From an uncultured Bdellovibrionales bacterium (GTDB taxonomy: Bacteria > Patescibacteriota > Minisyncoccia > Moranbacterales > DUUL01): a stretch of DNA of 53,946 nt. Under the pieces are notes generated by a model that was not told the DNA's origin, made no database searches, and saw nothing but the letters and a program-made list of their open reading frames with translations. Positions within the stretch are counted from its first letter, which is position 1; each line of letters begins with the position of its first letter. A program made the translations under genes and the position numbers. The stretch covers positions 1 to 53,946 of the forward strand of contig CAZDHE010000003.1 of NCBI GenBank assembly GCA_964505305.1, written 5' to 3'. Positions 18,659 to 28,292 of the stretch are shown here, one piece after another.

Positions 18659-19368
18659 AAAATTGAAACTTGATTTTTTATTTGTTCTATATAGTAAAGT
18701 AATATCCCGTCAGTTATCAAAACAAAGATCCAGCTTACGGCAAAAGATGTCAATACGTTCCCGGTTTGCAAAAAAAGCAACCCCAAAAACAAAGCCAGCA
18801 AAAAACTCATTACAAGAAAAACCCAGTCAAAACTTCCAAAGATTAAAGCATTAAAGGAGACAAAAATAACTGCCTGAAAGAAAAGCGTATTGAGGCGGCT
18901 AAGTCTCTTTTGCAAAAAACTCATTACAAAACCCCTAAAATAAACTTCCTGGCAAAAAAGCGCTATCGGCAAAAAAATCAAATTAACAAAAATAATCACT
19001 GAAACTCCTTCTAAATACCACTCCTTTCGAGCAAAAAAGTTTAGCATCACGCTATCCGCTAAATTCAATTTTAACACAATTGCAGACATTACGCCAAAAA
19101 AAATCGCCGCTTGAATCAAAATTCTCAAAAAAGTCCATTTATCAATTCTTCCCTTAAATACCTCAAATAAAAAATTATCCTTATAAAAAAACCGGGAAAC
19201 CAAAATGGGTAAAAATAATAGAAATACTAAATAAAGAAAGGTTATCTCCCAAACCCCTTCCGTATTAATACTGGAAAAGGCCACCCAAAAAACCACCCAA
19301 GTTAAAACGATTTGCGTTATTATAACTTTTATGCTTTTTTCTTTTTTTAAATTAAATGAGTTTGCCAT
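18655..19368 (-). CDS. CPBP/CAAX (Abi) family intramembrane protease-like protein with degenerate motifs
   Basis: Polytopic; QEVYFRG in place of EExxFRG; GLLFLQTGNV segment. Confidence 0.7.
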   Translation of the reverse strand: MANSFNLKKEKSIKVIITQIVLTWVVFWVAFSSINTEGVWEITFLYLVFLLFLPILVSRFFYKDNFLFEVFKGRIDKWTFLRILIQAAIFFGVMSAIVLKLNLADSVMLNFFARKEWYLEGVSVIIFVNLIFLPIALFCQEVYFRGFVMSFLQKRLSRLNTLFFQAVIFVSFNALIFGSFDWVFLVMSFLLALFLGLLFLQTGNVLTSFAVSWIFVLITDGILLYYIEQIKNQVSIL

Positions 19369-19383
19369 AATAAAAGTTTAAAA

Positions 19384-19854
19384 TCACCTATCCTTAACAA
19401 TCAAGCCATAAAGTTTTTCTACGTTTTCCGATTTGGTCAAAGCCAAATTAATCAAAGCCGCCAAGGTGAAAAAGGGTAACCAGCCAAGTCCTATTCCAAA
19501 AATCTCCGCCCCTTGAGAGAGAAGCAAAACTAAAACCCTAACACCCCTTTTTCGTAGATACTTTTTTATATTCCGCTGAGCAGCATTGTCAGAATTCAAG
19601 AAATACATCAACCAAATAATAATGGAGAAGAAAATAGCAAAAATATTTCCCACCAGCGGAATAAAGGTAAAAATATCAGCTATAATGGAGACAAACAGTA
19701 TATTATAAGCTCCGGTTTTTTGAGACCTACCCGCTTCTTCTATTTCCGCTATTAACTCTTTATCCTCATCAACTTCTTGGTGTTTAGCGCTCTCCCTTTC
19801 CAATCTTCGAATTTCCTCTAATTCTCTCCTTATTTTTTCTTCTCTTTCGCTCAT
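19384..19854 (-). CDS. Hypothetical membrane protein of the T4SS-like cluster
   Basis: Charged N-terminus plus hydrophobic segments (FIPLVGNI, GWLPFFT). Confidence 0.7.
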   Translation of the reverse strand: MSEREEKIRRELEEIRRLERESAKHQEVDEDKELIAEIEEAGRSQKTGAYNILFVSIIADIFTFIPLVGNIFAIFFSIIIWLMYFLNSDNAAQRNIKKYLRKRGVRVLVLLLSQGAEIFGIGLGWLPFFTLAALINLALTKSENVEKLYGLIVKDR

Positions 19855-19903
19855 ATGTAACTCAATTTATTGCTTCTTAAAGCTTGCCGACACAAAACGC
19901 TTT

Positions 19904-21748
19904 CTACTTCTCCCTTTTTTCTTTTTCTATTTCCATTCTTTGCGCCGGATTGGTGGTGATAATTTTATCTTCATTATAAGAAGCTACCACCTGAATGGCC
20001 GCTCTTTTATTGCCGGCAAAAAATATTCCTTCACCCACCTTGGTTTCCATCAAAAAATATTTCTCTCTTTCAGTTAAATAGAAAGTGTCCGCCACTACAT
20101 CAATAGAGGATTTAGACTGCTTCATCAAAAGCTGCAAAGAAGAGTTGGAAACAATGGATTTTCCATACCGGGAATTCATAAAATCGGAAATATCTTGAGT
20201 TATAGTAGCCAAACCTCCGTAGTATTTTCTGATTCTTTTGGCTATAGAAAACAAAAAACTGGCTCCCTCGTCATATTGCATCATCCACCAAGCCTCATCC
20301 ACTGTAATTAATCGCTTTTTAACATTGTAGCGAACCTCGTTCCAAATATATTTAAGAATAATATACATAGCAATTGGCCGAAGTTCATCCTCCAAGTCCC
20401 TGATATTAAAAACTATCAATCTATTATTAAGAGAAATATTGGAAGGCTGATTCAAGAAACCGTTATAAATACCTTTGACATACTTTTCCAATCTAATTGA
20501 CAAGTCTCCGGCTCCTTCCATATTTTCCAGGACTTGGTGAAAATCTGTTAATAGTGGCATTTTTTTCTTCCCCAGTTCTTGTACCGGCGTACTATCGGTA
20601 ATATCCCTTACCGCATAAGCTTCTTTTAAAGCTCTCTCCAAGATAGCCTCCTCCTCGGGAGTAACAGCACCAAGCATCAATTTCATTAAACCCAAAAGAT
20701 CGGCAATGCTGGATCTTAGAATTTCTTGAGTATCCTCATCTTCATTGGGTCTTAATTCAAAAGGATTGATATGATGAGAAGAATTCAAAGAAACGGATAT
20801 ATAACTTCCACCCACAGCTTCGGCTAAATATCTATATTCGTCTTCCGGATCAATAATAATAGAGTCTGTTCCCAGCATCAAAGATCTCAATATTTCCAAT
20901 TTAACAGCATAACTTTTCCCCGCTCCGGATTTGGCAAAGACAACCATATTGGCATTTTCCAAACTAAATTTATCAAACAAAATCAGGGAATTGTTGTGCT
21001 TATTGATTCCATACATAATCCCCTGATTAGAAGTAACGTTGGAGGAAATAAAGGGAAAGACTGTTGCCAGGGGGGAGGTGTTTAAGTCCGATCCTATCAT
21101 TAATTTATCCGTAGCAAGGGGCAAGCAAGAATCAAATCCCTCCTTCATTCTAAAGATAGCCTTTTTGGTATAAATGGACATTGACTCTAAAGCGTCTTGC
21201 ACTACGGAAGTATTTCTCTCCAACTGATCCAAGTCTTTAGCATAAACATTTACATAACAACCGAATTTAAAGACTTTTTCTACCCCCTCTTGAAGTTTAT
21301 CTCTTAATTCTTCTACATTTTGGTAAGCCATTTCCAATTCCGGATCCCTAGTGTAACCCTTTTCCGCTTCTATGTTCAACTGCGATTGAATTTGGGTGGC
21401 TTTTTTCCTCAACTGTTTTAGAACCCTGGTGGTCTCTACCGGATGAACATAAAAAGAAATATCCATCGGCAAATCTAAGGTAATTATTTGCCCGGCCCAC
21501 CCGGAACTTAAAACTCTCGGATAAGCTGAAACAAAAACAGTTCGACAATAAACACCCCCAATTTGCAAGTGGGAGCTGGAAACTCCCATCGCTGAAGGAG
21601 CTACAAAATCTAAAATTCTAGTTAATCCTTCCTCATAAATTTCTTTCTTGTTTAGAATATCTATTTCTTCATAATTATCCTCTTTCCAAGAGGAATTGCC
21701 TTGAGAAGAATTGTCTTTATTTTCCTTTTTTTTAAATAAATTGAACAT
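19904..21748 (-). CDS. virB4: VirB4-like type IV secretion ATPase
   Basis: AKSGAGKS Walker A, IIDPEDEY, VDEAWWM Walker B, RIRKYYGG, ITQD. Confidence 0.9.
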   Translation of the reverse strand: MFNLFKKKENKDNSSQGNSSWKEDNYEEIDILNKKEIYEEGLTRILDFVAPSAMGVSSSHLQIGGVYCRTVFVSAYPRVLSSGWAGQIITLDLPMDISFYVHPVETTRVLKQLRKKATQIQSQLNIEAEKGYTRDPELEMAYQNVEELRDKLQEGVEKVFKFGCYVNVYAKDLDQLERNTSVVQDALESMSIYTKKAIFRMKEGFDSCLPLATDKLMIGSDLNTSPLATVFPFISSNVTSNQGIMYGINKHNNSLILFDKFSLENANMVVFAKSGAGKSYAVKLEILRSLMLGTDSIIIDPEDEYRYLAEAVGGSYISVSLNSSHHINPFELRPNEDEDTQEILRSSIADLLGLMKLMLGAVTPEEEAILERALKEAYAVRDITDSTPVQELGKKKMPLLTDFHQVLENMEGAGDLSIRLEKYVKGIYNGFLNQPSNISLNNRLIVFNIRDLEDELRPIAMYIILKYIWNEVRYNVKKRLITVDEAWWMMQYDEGASFLFSIAKRIRKYYGGLATITQDISDFMNSRYGKSIVSNSSLQLLMKQSKSSIDVVADTFYLTEREKYFLMETKVGEGIFFAGNKRAAIQVVASYNEDKIITTNPAQRMEIEKEKREK

Positions 21749-21762
21749 AATTAGATTGGTTT

Positions 21763-22416
21763 TTAATTTTTATCTATCTCCACCTCACTCAAATTTTCCA
21801 GGTTGATATACTCAAATTCGGAAGGGTTGTAAGAATTATAAAACAACTCTATCAACTCATTGGTATTCAGCATTACCCCATTAACCTCCATACTGCTCAA
21901 ATAAGATCTAACGTGGTCTACTCTCTGAAAAAGCTGATTTTTATAAGTCAAAAAGTCTTCGTGTCTCTGATTTATGCTTCTCCTGGGATTTATAGCCGAA
22001 GCCATTCTTTTTAAAACGCCTTCATTGCGAGATTCAACTACGTAAAAAGGGACTACCACGTAAAAAAGCTTGGACATAACATTGGAAAGATTAACCATTT
22101 CTTCAACAAAATCAACATAATCCTTGATTTGATTTTTAAGCAACTCATTTTCTTCCACCCTTATTCTTTTCTTGAGTGTGTTTATGTAAGGATTAATATT
22201 AAATTTCCTAGAAGAAATTAGAATCTGAAAGGAAAAATCAAAGGAAGTTAAAAACTGCTGAAAACTGTAGATAATGGCTTGCTGCTCTTCATCCGACTTT
22301 AGATCCAGATTAACCGAAGAAACTGCCAAAACAGCTCTCAAGGAACCATCTTTAAGTATCACCACATCTTCTTTTATTTCAGCTATGTCTAACTTATCTT
22401 GTATGGATTCACTCAT
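21763..22416 (-). CDS. VirB4-associated protein (TraC/TraE N-terminal-like)
   Basis: LRAVLAVSSVNLDLKSDEEQ, FYVVVP, LIELFYNSYNP; lies between the PrgI-like gene and virB4. Confidence 0.65.
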   Translation of the reverse strand: MSESIQDKLDIAEIKEDVVILKDGSLRAVLAVSSVNLDLKSDEEQQAIIYSFQQFLTSFDFSFQILISSRKFNINPYINTLKKRIRVEENELLKNQIKDYVDFVEEMVNLSNVMSKLFYVVVPFYVVESRNEGVLKRMASAINPRRSINQRHEDFLTYKNQLFQRVDHVRSYLSSMEVNGVMLNTNELIELFYNSYNPSEFEYINLENLSEVEIDKN

Positions 22417-22534
22417 AATGTAATTTAAAAATTTATTTAGAGGCAGTCTTCCATTTTCAATGCAAGCGGGAATTATAAATAAGTATTAAAATATTTAAAA
22501 TCAAACTTTCTATTTATCTTTATCTTAAAAAATA

Positions 22535-22960
22535 TTACTTCTCAAAAATATCCAGGGCTTTAGACGCTTTTTTAATCTCCTTTATGTCTCCAACCTTTTT
22601 ACTGCTTTCTTTTTTATTCTTGTCGCTCTGCTCTTTTTCTTTTTCAGCCCTATTTTCAAAACCACTCTTTTGAGTTTTCCTACCTCTCCTCCAAATATAG
22701 GTCTTGGGCTTAAATAAGTAAAAAAAGATATTTTTAGCAAATTCCGGCATTGACATTCCAAAGGGACGAACAAATAAAATAGCCACGATTAACAACGAAA
22801 CAATTACGGCAATAATAATAAAATAGGTTTGCTCCAAAAAAAACCACGCTATAAAAATAAAAAACCCGCCCAAGCCGGCCCATCCCAGCTGCTTTGCCGT
22901 TAACTGAAAAGCTATCTTGTCCTCGATGTCAATAAATTGTGGAACTTCTCTTTTTTTCAT
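22535..22960 (-). CDS. PrgI family protein (VirB3-like)
   Basis: VPQFIDIEDKI...LTAKQL, two TM helices, PKTYIWR. Confidence 0.8.
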   Translation of the reverse strand: MKKREVPQFIDIEDKIAFQLTAKQLGWAGLGGFFIFIAWFFLEQTYFIIIAVIVSLLIVAILFVRPFGMSMPEFAKNIFFYLFKPKTYIWRRGRKTQKSGFENRAEKEKEQSDKNKKESSKKVGDIKEIKKASKALDIFEK

Positions 22961-22963
22961 TGA

Positions 22964-23968
22964 TTATATATAATCGTTTAAATCTACGGTATTCGTTTTT
23001 TGAAAATCCTGTTTTGAAGAATTTTCAACAGACTCATCTTCCGTTCTTTTTTGGGGGTTTTCTCTTCTTGCGTGAATAGGATCATCCTCTTTCTCGGATT
23101 CATCTCCTTTTCCACCCTTCTTTTTTTGAAGATCCGTTTCATAAAAAGGCTTGTTTTCCATTTTCTTTATATTAAAAACTTTTTTTTCCGAATTATTTTT
23201 TTTACCCTCGCTTTCTCCAAAAACCCTTTCCGGATAAAGAATTGCCTCGAAGTCCACTTCTTCATACAACTTATTATACCATATTTTTTTCTTATTATCA
23301 TATGAATCTAAGATAATAGACAACTTTTCCCTTTCTTTCCTTTCTAATTTTTTCGCGTTAACCGAATTATAAGCATAACCGCTTCTCTGAAGAGAATTGT
23401 GGTTGCCCGTCCCCAGTTTCATTTTGTAATCATAGAGCCAATTTTCTATTGTGGGCGGTAAGAGTTCGCCCTCCACCCCCAAACCATCAATGCCCACCAT
23501 TTGCTCCCTAACTTGTTCGTATTTACTCATTAATTCAATAATTTTTTCCTTTTCCAAGTCTTCCCGAACCGCTTGTTCTCCGCCTTTCTTGATAAAAGCC
23601 AAAACCTCCTTAAGTTCTTTTTCTAAATCATTTTTTCTTGCGTTTTTCAGTCCCATTTTCTTTTCTATTTCCATCCCAACCCGGGAGGATTCAACTTCTC
23701 CGCAAAAAACTCCTCTAATTAATCTGGACAACTTCCCCAAATCTTGAGGATTCTTAAGTCCAAATCGATTAGCGGTTTGGATAATTTTTTCCTCGGTCTC
23801 CTCTTTAATCATCCCATACCTTAAATAACGGGGTAATCTTAAAAATTTCTTGCCCCAAGAAAGCCTATCCTCCGGTTGCTCCTCATGAGGATTCAAAAGC
23901 ACGCTGGCATAAACCGGGTTGGCCTGTTTTTTTATAATATTAGATGTATTTCCATTATCTTGTGGCAT
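22964..23968 (-). CDS. Hypothetical protein of the T4SS-like cluster
   Basis: 334 aa ORF ending 3 bp before the PrgI-like gene; PTIENWLYDY, NTVDL end. Confidence 0.7.
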   Translation of the reverse strand: MPQDNGNTSNIIKKQANPVYASVLLNPHEEQPEDRLSWGKKFLRLPRYLRYGMIKEETEEKIIQTANRFGLKNPQDLGKLSRLIRGVFCGEVESSRVGMEIEKKMGLKNARKNDLEKELKEVLAFIKKGGEQAVREDLEKEKIIELMSKYEQVREQMVGIDGLGVEGELLPPTIENWLYDYKMKLGTGNHNSLQRSGYAYNSVNAKKLERKEREKLSIILDSYDNKKKIWYNKLYEEVDFEAILYPERVFGESEGKKNNSEKKVFNIKKMENKPFYETDLQKKKGGKGDESEKEDDPIHARRENPQKRTEDESVENSSKQDFQKTNTVDLNDYI

Positions 23969-24026
23969 AACTTCGCGTCTTAAAAAGCATTATTAACCAA
24001 TTTAATTTATCCGTCTTTAATCATTT

Positions 24027-25997
24027 CTATAGAATATTCTTCTTTTTAAGTACATCTCTAGCTTTGGTGCTTGCCATATCCGCGGCAAGTCTATTTTTGG
24101 AAGCCGTGTCAAGTTCCCGAGTTTTCTCCAACAAAAATGCTTCCACTTCCGGTTTCAACTTTCCTTGGCTGTCAAGAAAAAATTCCTCCCCTTGACTTAG
24201 GATATCTTTCAAAGAAGCTTTTCCGTAATTCTCCTCCAGCGCCGTCTTTAAACCTCTTGTATTTTGCTGCCCCGGAAGCAGAGCATTAGCCTCTTGGTCG
24301 ACCACAGCAGCCCCGTTCTTCTTCTTGGTTTCTCTTTTTAGTTTTTCCGCTACCCCCTTATTGTTCTCAACCCCCTTAATTTTCAATGCTCTTGCATAGA
24401 GATTGTGTTGCCTGCCACTTTGATCTTTATACATTCCCAATCCATCATTTTGGGATAAATACATAGCCGTTGCCAAATCCCCTTCTCCGGAAGCCATTTT
24501 TTCCTTCAGCTCATCCATATCGGGCGGATCATCTTTCCATTTTTTAATTTTTTCATTAGCTCTTTGCACATCCAGGGATTTTTGAGCTGAATCATCCCCA
24601 AGCCTGTCCTTCCAACGAGCCTTTCCTTCCTCGCTGGCCCTATCCCTTCCTTTCTGAGTAGTGTAACGAAGGATTCCTTTGTCTTTAGTTTTATCTTCCC
24701 ATCTTTCTTTAGCCGCCTCTTTTAAGTTGCGACGAGTCCCGCCAAGGGTGGCTGCCGATAACCCCGCCTTTCCATAACCCCTGGCCTTAGATGTCCAGTC
24801 ACTCATCTTCTTATCTCCCCACTTTAAAACTCCCTGAGCCGCCCCGGTGGAAACCTCGTTGGAAAGCCTATAACCATAATACAAAAAAAAGATAGCCGTG
24901 GAATAAGGGATTAATACTATAAACGTGGTCTTAGCATAATCCCCTAAAGCGCTTTCCCCATCTGATATCGCTTCCGTGTTAAACTCTAAATTAAAACCAT
25001 CCATACTCCCAAAAATAGCAGTAGAGATAGCATCAATTAAAATCAAAGCCAGCCACAGAAAAAAAAGCATTATAGGTCCATAAAACGACCAGCTCAATAG
25101 ATTTTGCGACCAGTTGTTTTTTAATTTGGAGCCCAAATTTCCGGGTATCGCCATTCCAAACATTGCCATGGGAGACAAGATTATCAAAACCCAAAAAGCT
25201 ACCAGCCTAATCAACAAAGAGAGCGCTAACACAAAAATCATAAAAGTCATTATCAACACAAAAACAATGGAAAATAAAAGCATCACAAAAACAACCATCG
25301 TATCCATAGTTTCACCTTTTTCTATCACCGGCAAAAACAAATCTTTTATCTTAATATTTTCCTGCATAGTGACTGTAAAATTATTGCCGGATTGATGAAT
25401 AGCTTCGGCAAAAAACCTCATCACCACCTGAGAAGCGTCGATTACCGCCAGAGTGATCGGCATAGAAAAATTTATTAGCAAGGCCGCCCCTATAACACTT
25501 AGAATATTTTTTTTGGCGCTGAATTTTTCTATTTTCAAGATTGTGCTAATAGCGATAAACATAATAATCACTATAAAGAACAAATTAAAAAAATCCCTCA
25601 CAAAAGACCAAGCCGTTCCGATGGCGCTTCTGGCAACATCTGAGAAAAAAACCTGTTCATAAACCGCCGGCTTGGTAATAAAATCCAAAAGCCACATGGA
25701 ACCGTCGAAACAGATAATAACTAATTTATAAATTCCATACAAAGCGGCGGTTACACCTCCAAAAAAAACACCTCCGACCTTTTCCGCTACCCAACTAATG
25801 GGATTACCGCCAGTAGGCACATCCTCCTTATCATAATTACCAGCATCAGTGTGCCAAGGAATATCAGTAAGTGTATTACCTTCTTCTGCTAAGGCAAGAT
25901 CTCCTAAACAAAAAAATAGGCAAGCAAACAATAAAAAAACCAATAAAGATTTATTTTTTCTTGTTTTATTTGTCTTATTTCGAAAAATTTTCCACAT
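24027..25997 (-). CDS. VirB6/TrbL-like polytopic membrane protein
   Basis: WSFVRDFFN, ALLINFS, LLIRLVAFWVLIILSPMA, multiple TM helices, charged C-terminal tail. Confidence 0.75.
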   Translation of the reverse strand: MWKIFRNKTNKTRKNKSLLVFLLFACLFFCLGDLALAEEGNTLTDIPWHTDAGNYDKEDVPTGGNPISWVAEKVGGVFFGGVTAALYGIYKLVIICFDGSMWLLDFITKPAVYEQVFFSDVARSAIGTAWSFVRDFFNLFFIVIIMFIAISTILKIEKFSAKKNILSVIGAALLINFSMPITLAVIDASQVVMRFFAEAIHQSGNNFTVTMQENIKIKDLFLPVIEKGETMDTMVVFVMLLFSIVFVLIMTFMIFVLALSLLIRLVAFWVLIILSPMAMFGMAIPGNLGSKLKNNWSQNLLSWSFYGPIMLFFLWLALILIDAISTAIFGSMDGFNLEFNTEAISDGESALGDYAKTTFIVLIPYSTAIFFLYYGYRLSNEVSTGAAQGVLKWGDKKMSDWTSKARGYGKAGLSAATLGGTRRNLKEAAKERWEDKTKDKGILRYTTQKGRDRASEEGKARWKDRLGDDSAQKSLDVQRANEKIKKWKDDPPDMDELKEKMASGEGDLATAMYLSQNDGLGMYKDQSGRQHNLYARALKIKGVENNKGVAEKLKRETKKKNGAAVVDQEANALLPGQQNTRGLKTALEENYGKASLKDILSQGEEFFLDSQGKLKPEVEAFLLEKTRELDTASKNRLAADMASTKARDVLKKKNIL

Positions 25998-26147
25998 AAC
26001 TAAAAATATTTTTTATTTCTATTTTCTTTCATTCTCCATCCCATAATTAAATTAAGCCGAAATTACTCTCTACTCCCAATAAATTTTCAAAAACCTTGCT
26101 TCGGATACCCCACCCTTTTAAAAAAGGAGCGGCTTTTAATAAAAAAT

Positions 26148-27101
26148 TTAAAAACCACCCATTCCCGAATCAAATTCTATTCCGTTATAAATATCATTTT
26201 GCATATTAGAAGATCCCCCGGATTCCCCAAAGGTCTGATTGGACTGACTGGAAAATCCTCCGCTGCCCCCTCCGCTACCGCTGCTTCCGGTTACTCCTTC
26301 TTTTATGCTTTGAGTTAAAATTCCGGCAGCTAAAGTTCCCGCCAGTTCGGGAATGCTGGTGGCGTTATTTATCAAGTCAAAATAATTGCTTTTACTTTTG
26401 GCGGTGATATCAGCCAAAACACTGCCGGGCAAATCAATAAGGTTCCCGTCCCGGCGGCTTTTAAAGCCTTGACCGGAAACAGCCTCCACCTCGGCTTTCT
26501 TTTGCTCTACTTCCATCCTCTCGGCCAATAAAGACTGGCTTTTTAAATACGCCCCGAAGGGATTATTATAATCATTGGTCACCGACGCCATCAAAGCTTG
26601 AGTTCCGCCCCCTTCGCTTTGCTTGAAGATGTTTTCCGACCCCCCGCTAACATACTGATCTATAGTGGAAGCCTCTTTTGTGTTTTGCTTGGAGCTTAAC
26701 AAGCTTTTTTCTATCGTCTCATACATTCCGGAGGTTTCTGAGGACACCCCGCTGTTTAAATCCCGGAAAAAATCATAAACGTAAGCATTGGCATTTTCCC
26801 GGGAGTTATTGTAAATAAAATTTTCATAGTCTCCAATCACCAAACCGCTATCTCCGGATCCCCCAAGCATCCCCACTATCTGGTCTTTAATAAGATTATT
26901 AGCTTCCATTTTAAGACCAGCCACCATAGCGTTAATAAAAGCCTCCCTTATTTCCACCCAGGCCTCATGCATCAAAACCGACTCAATAGATTCCCCCCAA
27001 ACGCCGGCTCTAACCGGGTTTTTCACTCCAAAAAACCCCGCGGAAAGAATTGCCGCCAGCAAAAATAGGGCTGTTTTTTTCTTAATCGATTTCAACATCA
27101 T
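26148..27101 (-). CDS. Secreted hypothetical protein of the T4SS-like cluster
   Basis: Signal peptide (VRA/G), NNPFGAY, GQGF, PGS motifs, Gly/Ser-rich tail. Confidence 0.7.
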   Translation of the reverse strand: MMLKSIKKKTALFLLAAILSAGFFGVKNPVRAGVWGESIESVLMHEAWVEIREAFINAMVAGLKMEANNLIKDQIVGMLGGSGDSGLVIGDYENFIYNNSRENANAYVYDFFRDLNSGVSSETSGMYETIEKSLLSSKQNTKEASTIDQYVSGGSENIFKQSEGGGTQALMASVTNDYNNPFGAYLKSQSLLAERMEVEQKKAEVEAVSGQGFKSRRDGNLIDLPGSVLADITAKSKSNYFDLINNATSIPELAGTLAAGILTQSIKEGVTGSSGSGGGSGGFSSQSNQTFGESGGSSNMQNDIYNGIEFDSGMGGF

Positions 27102-28215
27102 CGTATAATTCTATGGTGTTAAGCTCATACTCGGTTAAAATTTCCTCCATTTCCATTCGAAGAGAATCAAATTCCGCTAAGGCCGATTGAAATTTTCCCA
27201 AATACATAGCCATAGCCACGGGATCCTCCTTGGAGGATAATTTCTCTTCATCTACGCTTTCTAATAAATAACGCATCAAGGAAATTCCTTCGATGTGGAG
27301 TTCTTTTACCACATAAGGCACCTCCACTTTTTTCAAGGCTTTTAACGTTCTCTCCGCCCGCTCCCTAAATTCGGAAAGTTTTTCCGTGTTTCCTTGTTGA
27401 ATATAATCATTGGCTTCTTTTACAAAATCCACCCCGTCTTCGGACAAATTTTCTTTTTCACTTAACTCAAAAGGCTTATTGGCCGCCGCTATATACAGAA
27501 CTGAAACCAAATATTCCTGAAGTTGTTTTCTCTCCTTCTTTTTAACCCTCTCTTCGCCACCCTCGGGCTTGTCAAGAATATTTAATTCTTCCTCTTCAAA
27601 ATACTCCATATCCCTACTTATCTGAGTCTCTCCGGATAAGCCGGACAACAAACCCTCCAGGTCTTGCTCCGTAATAGATATATCCCGGGCTTTTTCCATA
27701 TTTTCCTCTTCATTTAAAAAATCGGGATTAGAAGATATTTCTTTTAAATATTCAATCTCCTCGCCTTTCTGGTTTTGAAATCTTTCTAATAATTCTTGGG
27801 TTAAATTCTCCTCTTCCTTTTTTTGATCAGAAGCCTTCCCTTCTTCCTCTTCTTCTTCCTTTTTGTCTTCATCTTGACTTTGCTCATCACTTTCCCCTCT
27901 CACCTCCGGCTCCTCTTGGTTTTCTTGAATAATTTTATCCCCCGGGGCCGGCTTAAGCGGATCATAACCGCTCTCCACCTCCACTCCATCCTCATAACCG
28001 TCTCCGTCGGTATCCGGATTATTCGGATCAGTTCCCAGAGCCACCTCCTCGGCATCAGTCAACCCGTCTCCGTCCGAATCCTTAAAAATATTATGCCCCT
28101 CGACTCCCGCTCTTGACAAACCAAACCAAGAAACTCCCACCACGCAAACAAACAAAGCCACTTTCAAAAAAAGCTCTCTGGAAACAATTTTCTTTTTTTC
28201 TTTATTTAATTGCAT
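27082..28215 (-). CDS. Membrane-anchored protein with thrombospondin type 3-like DxDGDG Ca-binding repeats
   Basis: [35 protein letters not shown]. Confidence 0.8.
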   Translation of the reverse strand: MQLNKEKKKIVSRELFLKVALFVCVVGVSWFGLSRAGVEGHNIFKDSDGDGLTDAEEVALGTDPNNPDTDGDGYEDGVEVESGYDPLKPAPGDKIIQENQEEPEVRGESDEQSQDEDKKEEEEEEGKASDQKKEEENLTQELLERFQNQKGEEIEYLKEISSNPDFLNEEENMEKARDISITEQDLEGLLSGLSGETQISRDMEYFEEEELNILDKPEGGEERVKKKERKQLQEYLVSVLYIAAANKPFELSEKENLSEDGVDFVKEANDYIQQGNTEKLSEFRERAERTLKALKKVEVPYVVKELHIEGISLMRYLLESVDEEKLSSKEDPVAMAMYLGKFQSALAEFDSLRMEMEEILTEYELNTIELYDDVEID

Positions 28216-28292
28216 TTATAGTATTGCTTTTATTTTTTTACTCCGCTTTATTTTAACATCTTATTTAAACTATAACAAATTTAAAAAATATA

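Noticed and set aside
14682-28215. Integrative conjugative element
   Set aside because: No relaxase, coupling protein, integrase or flanking att repeats recognised; embedded among core genes next to the origin
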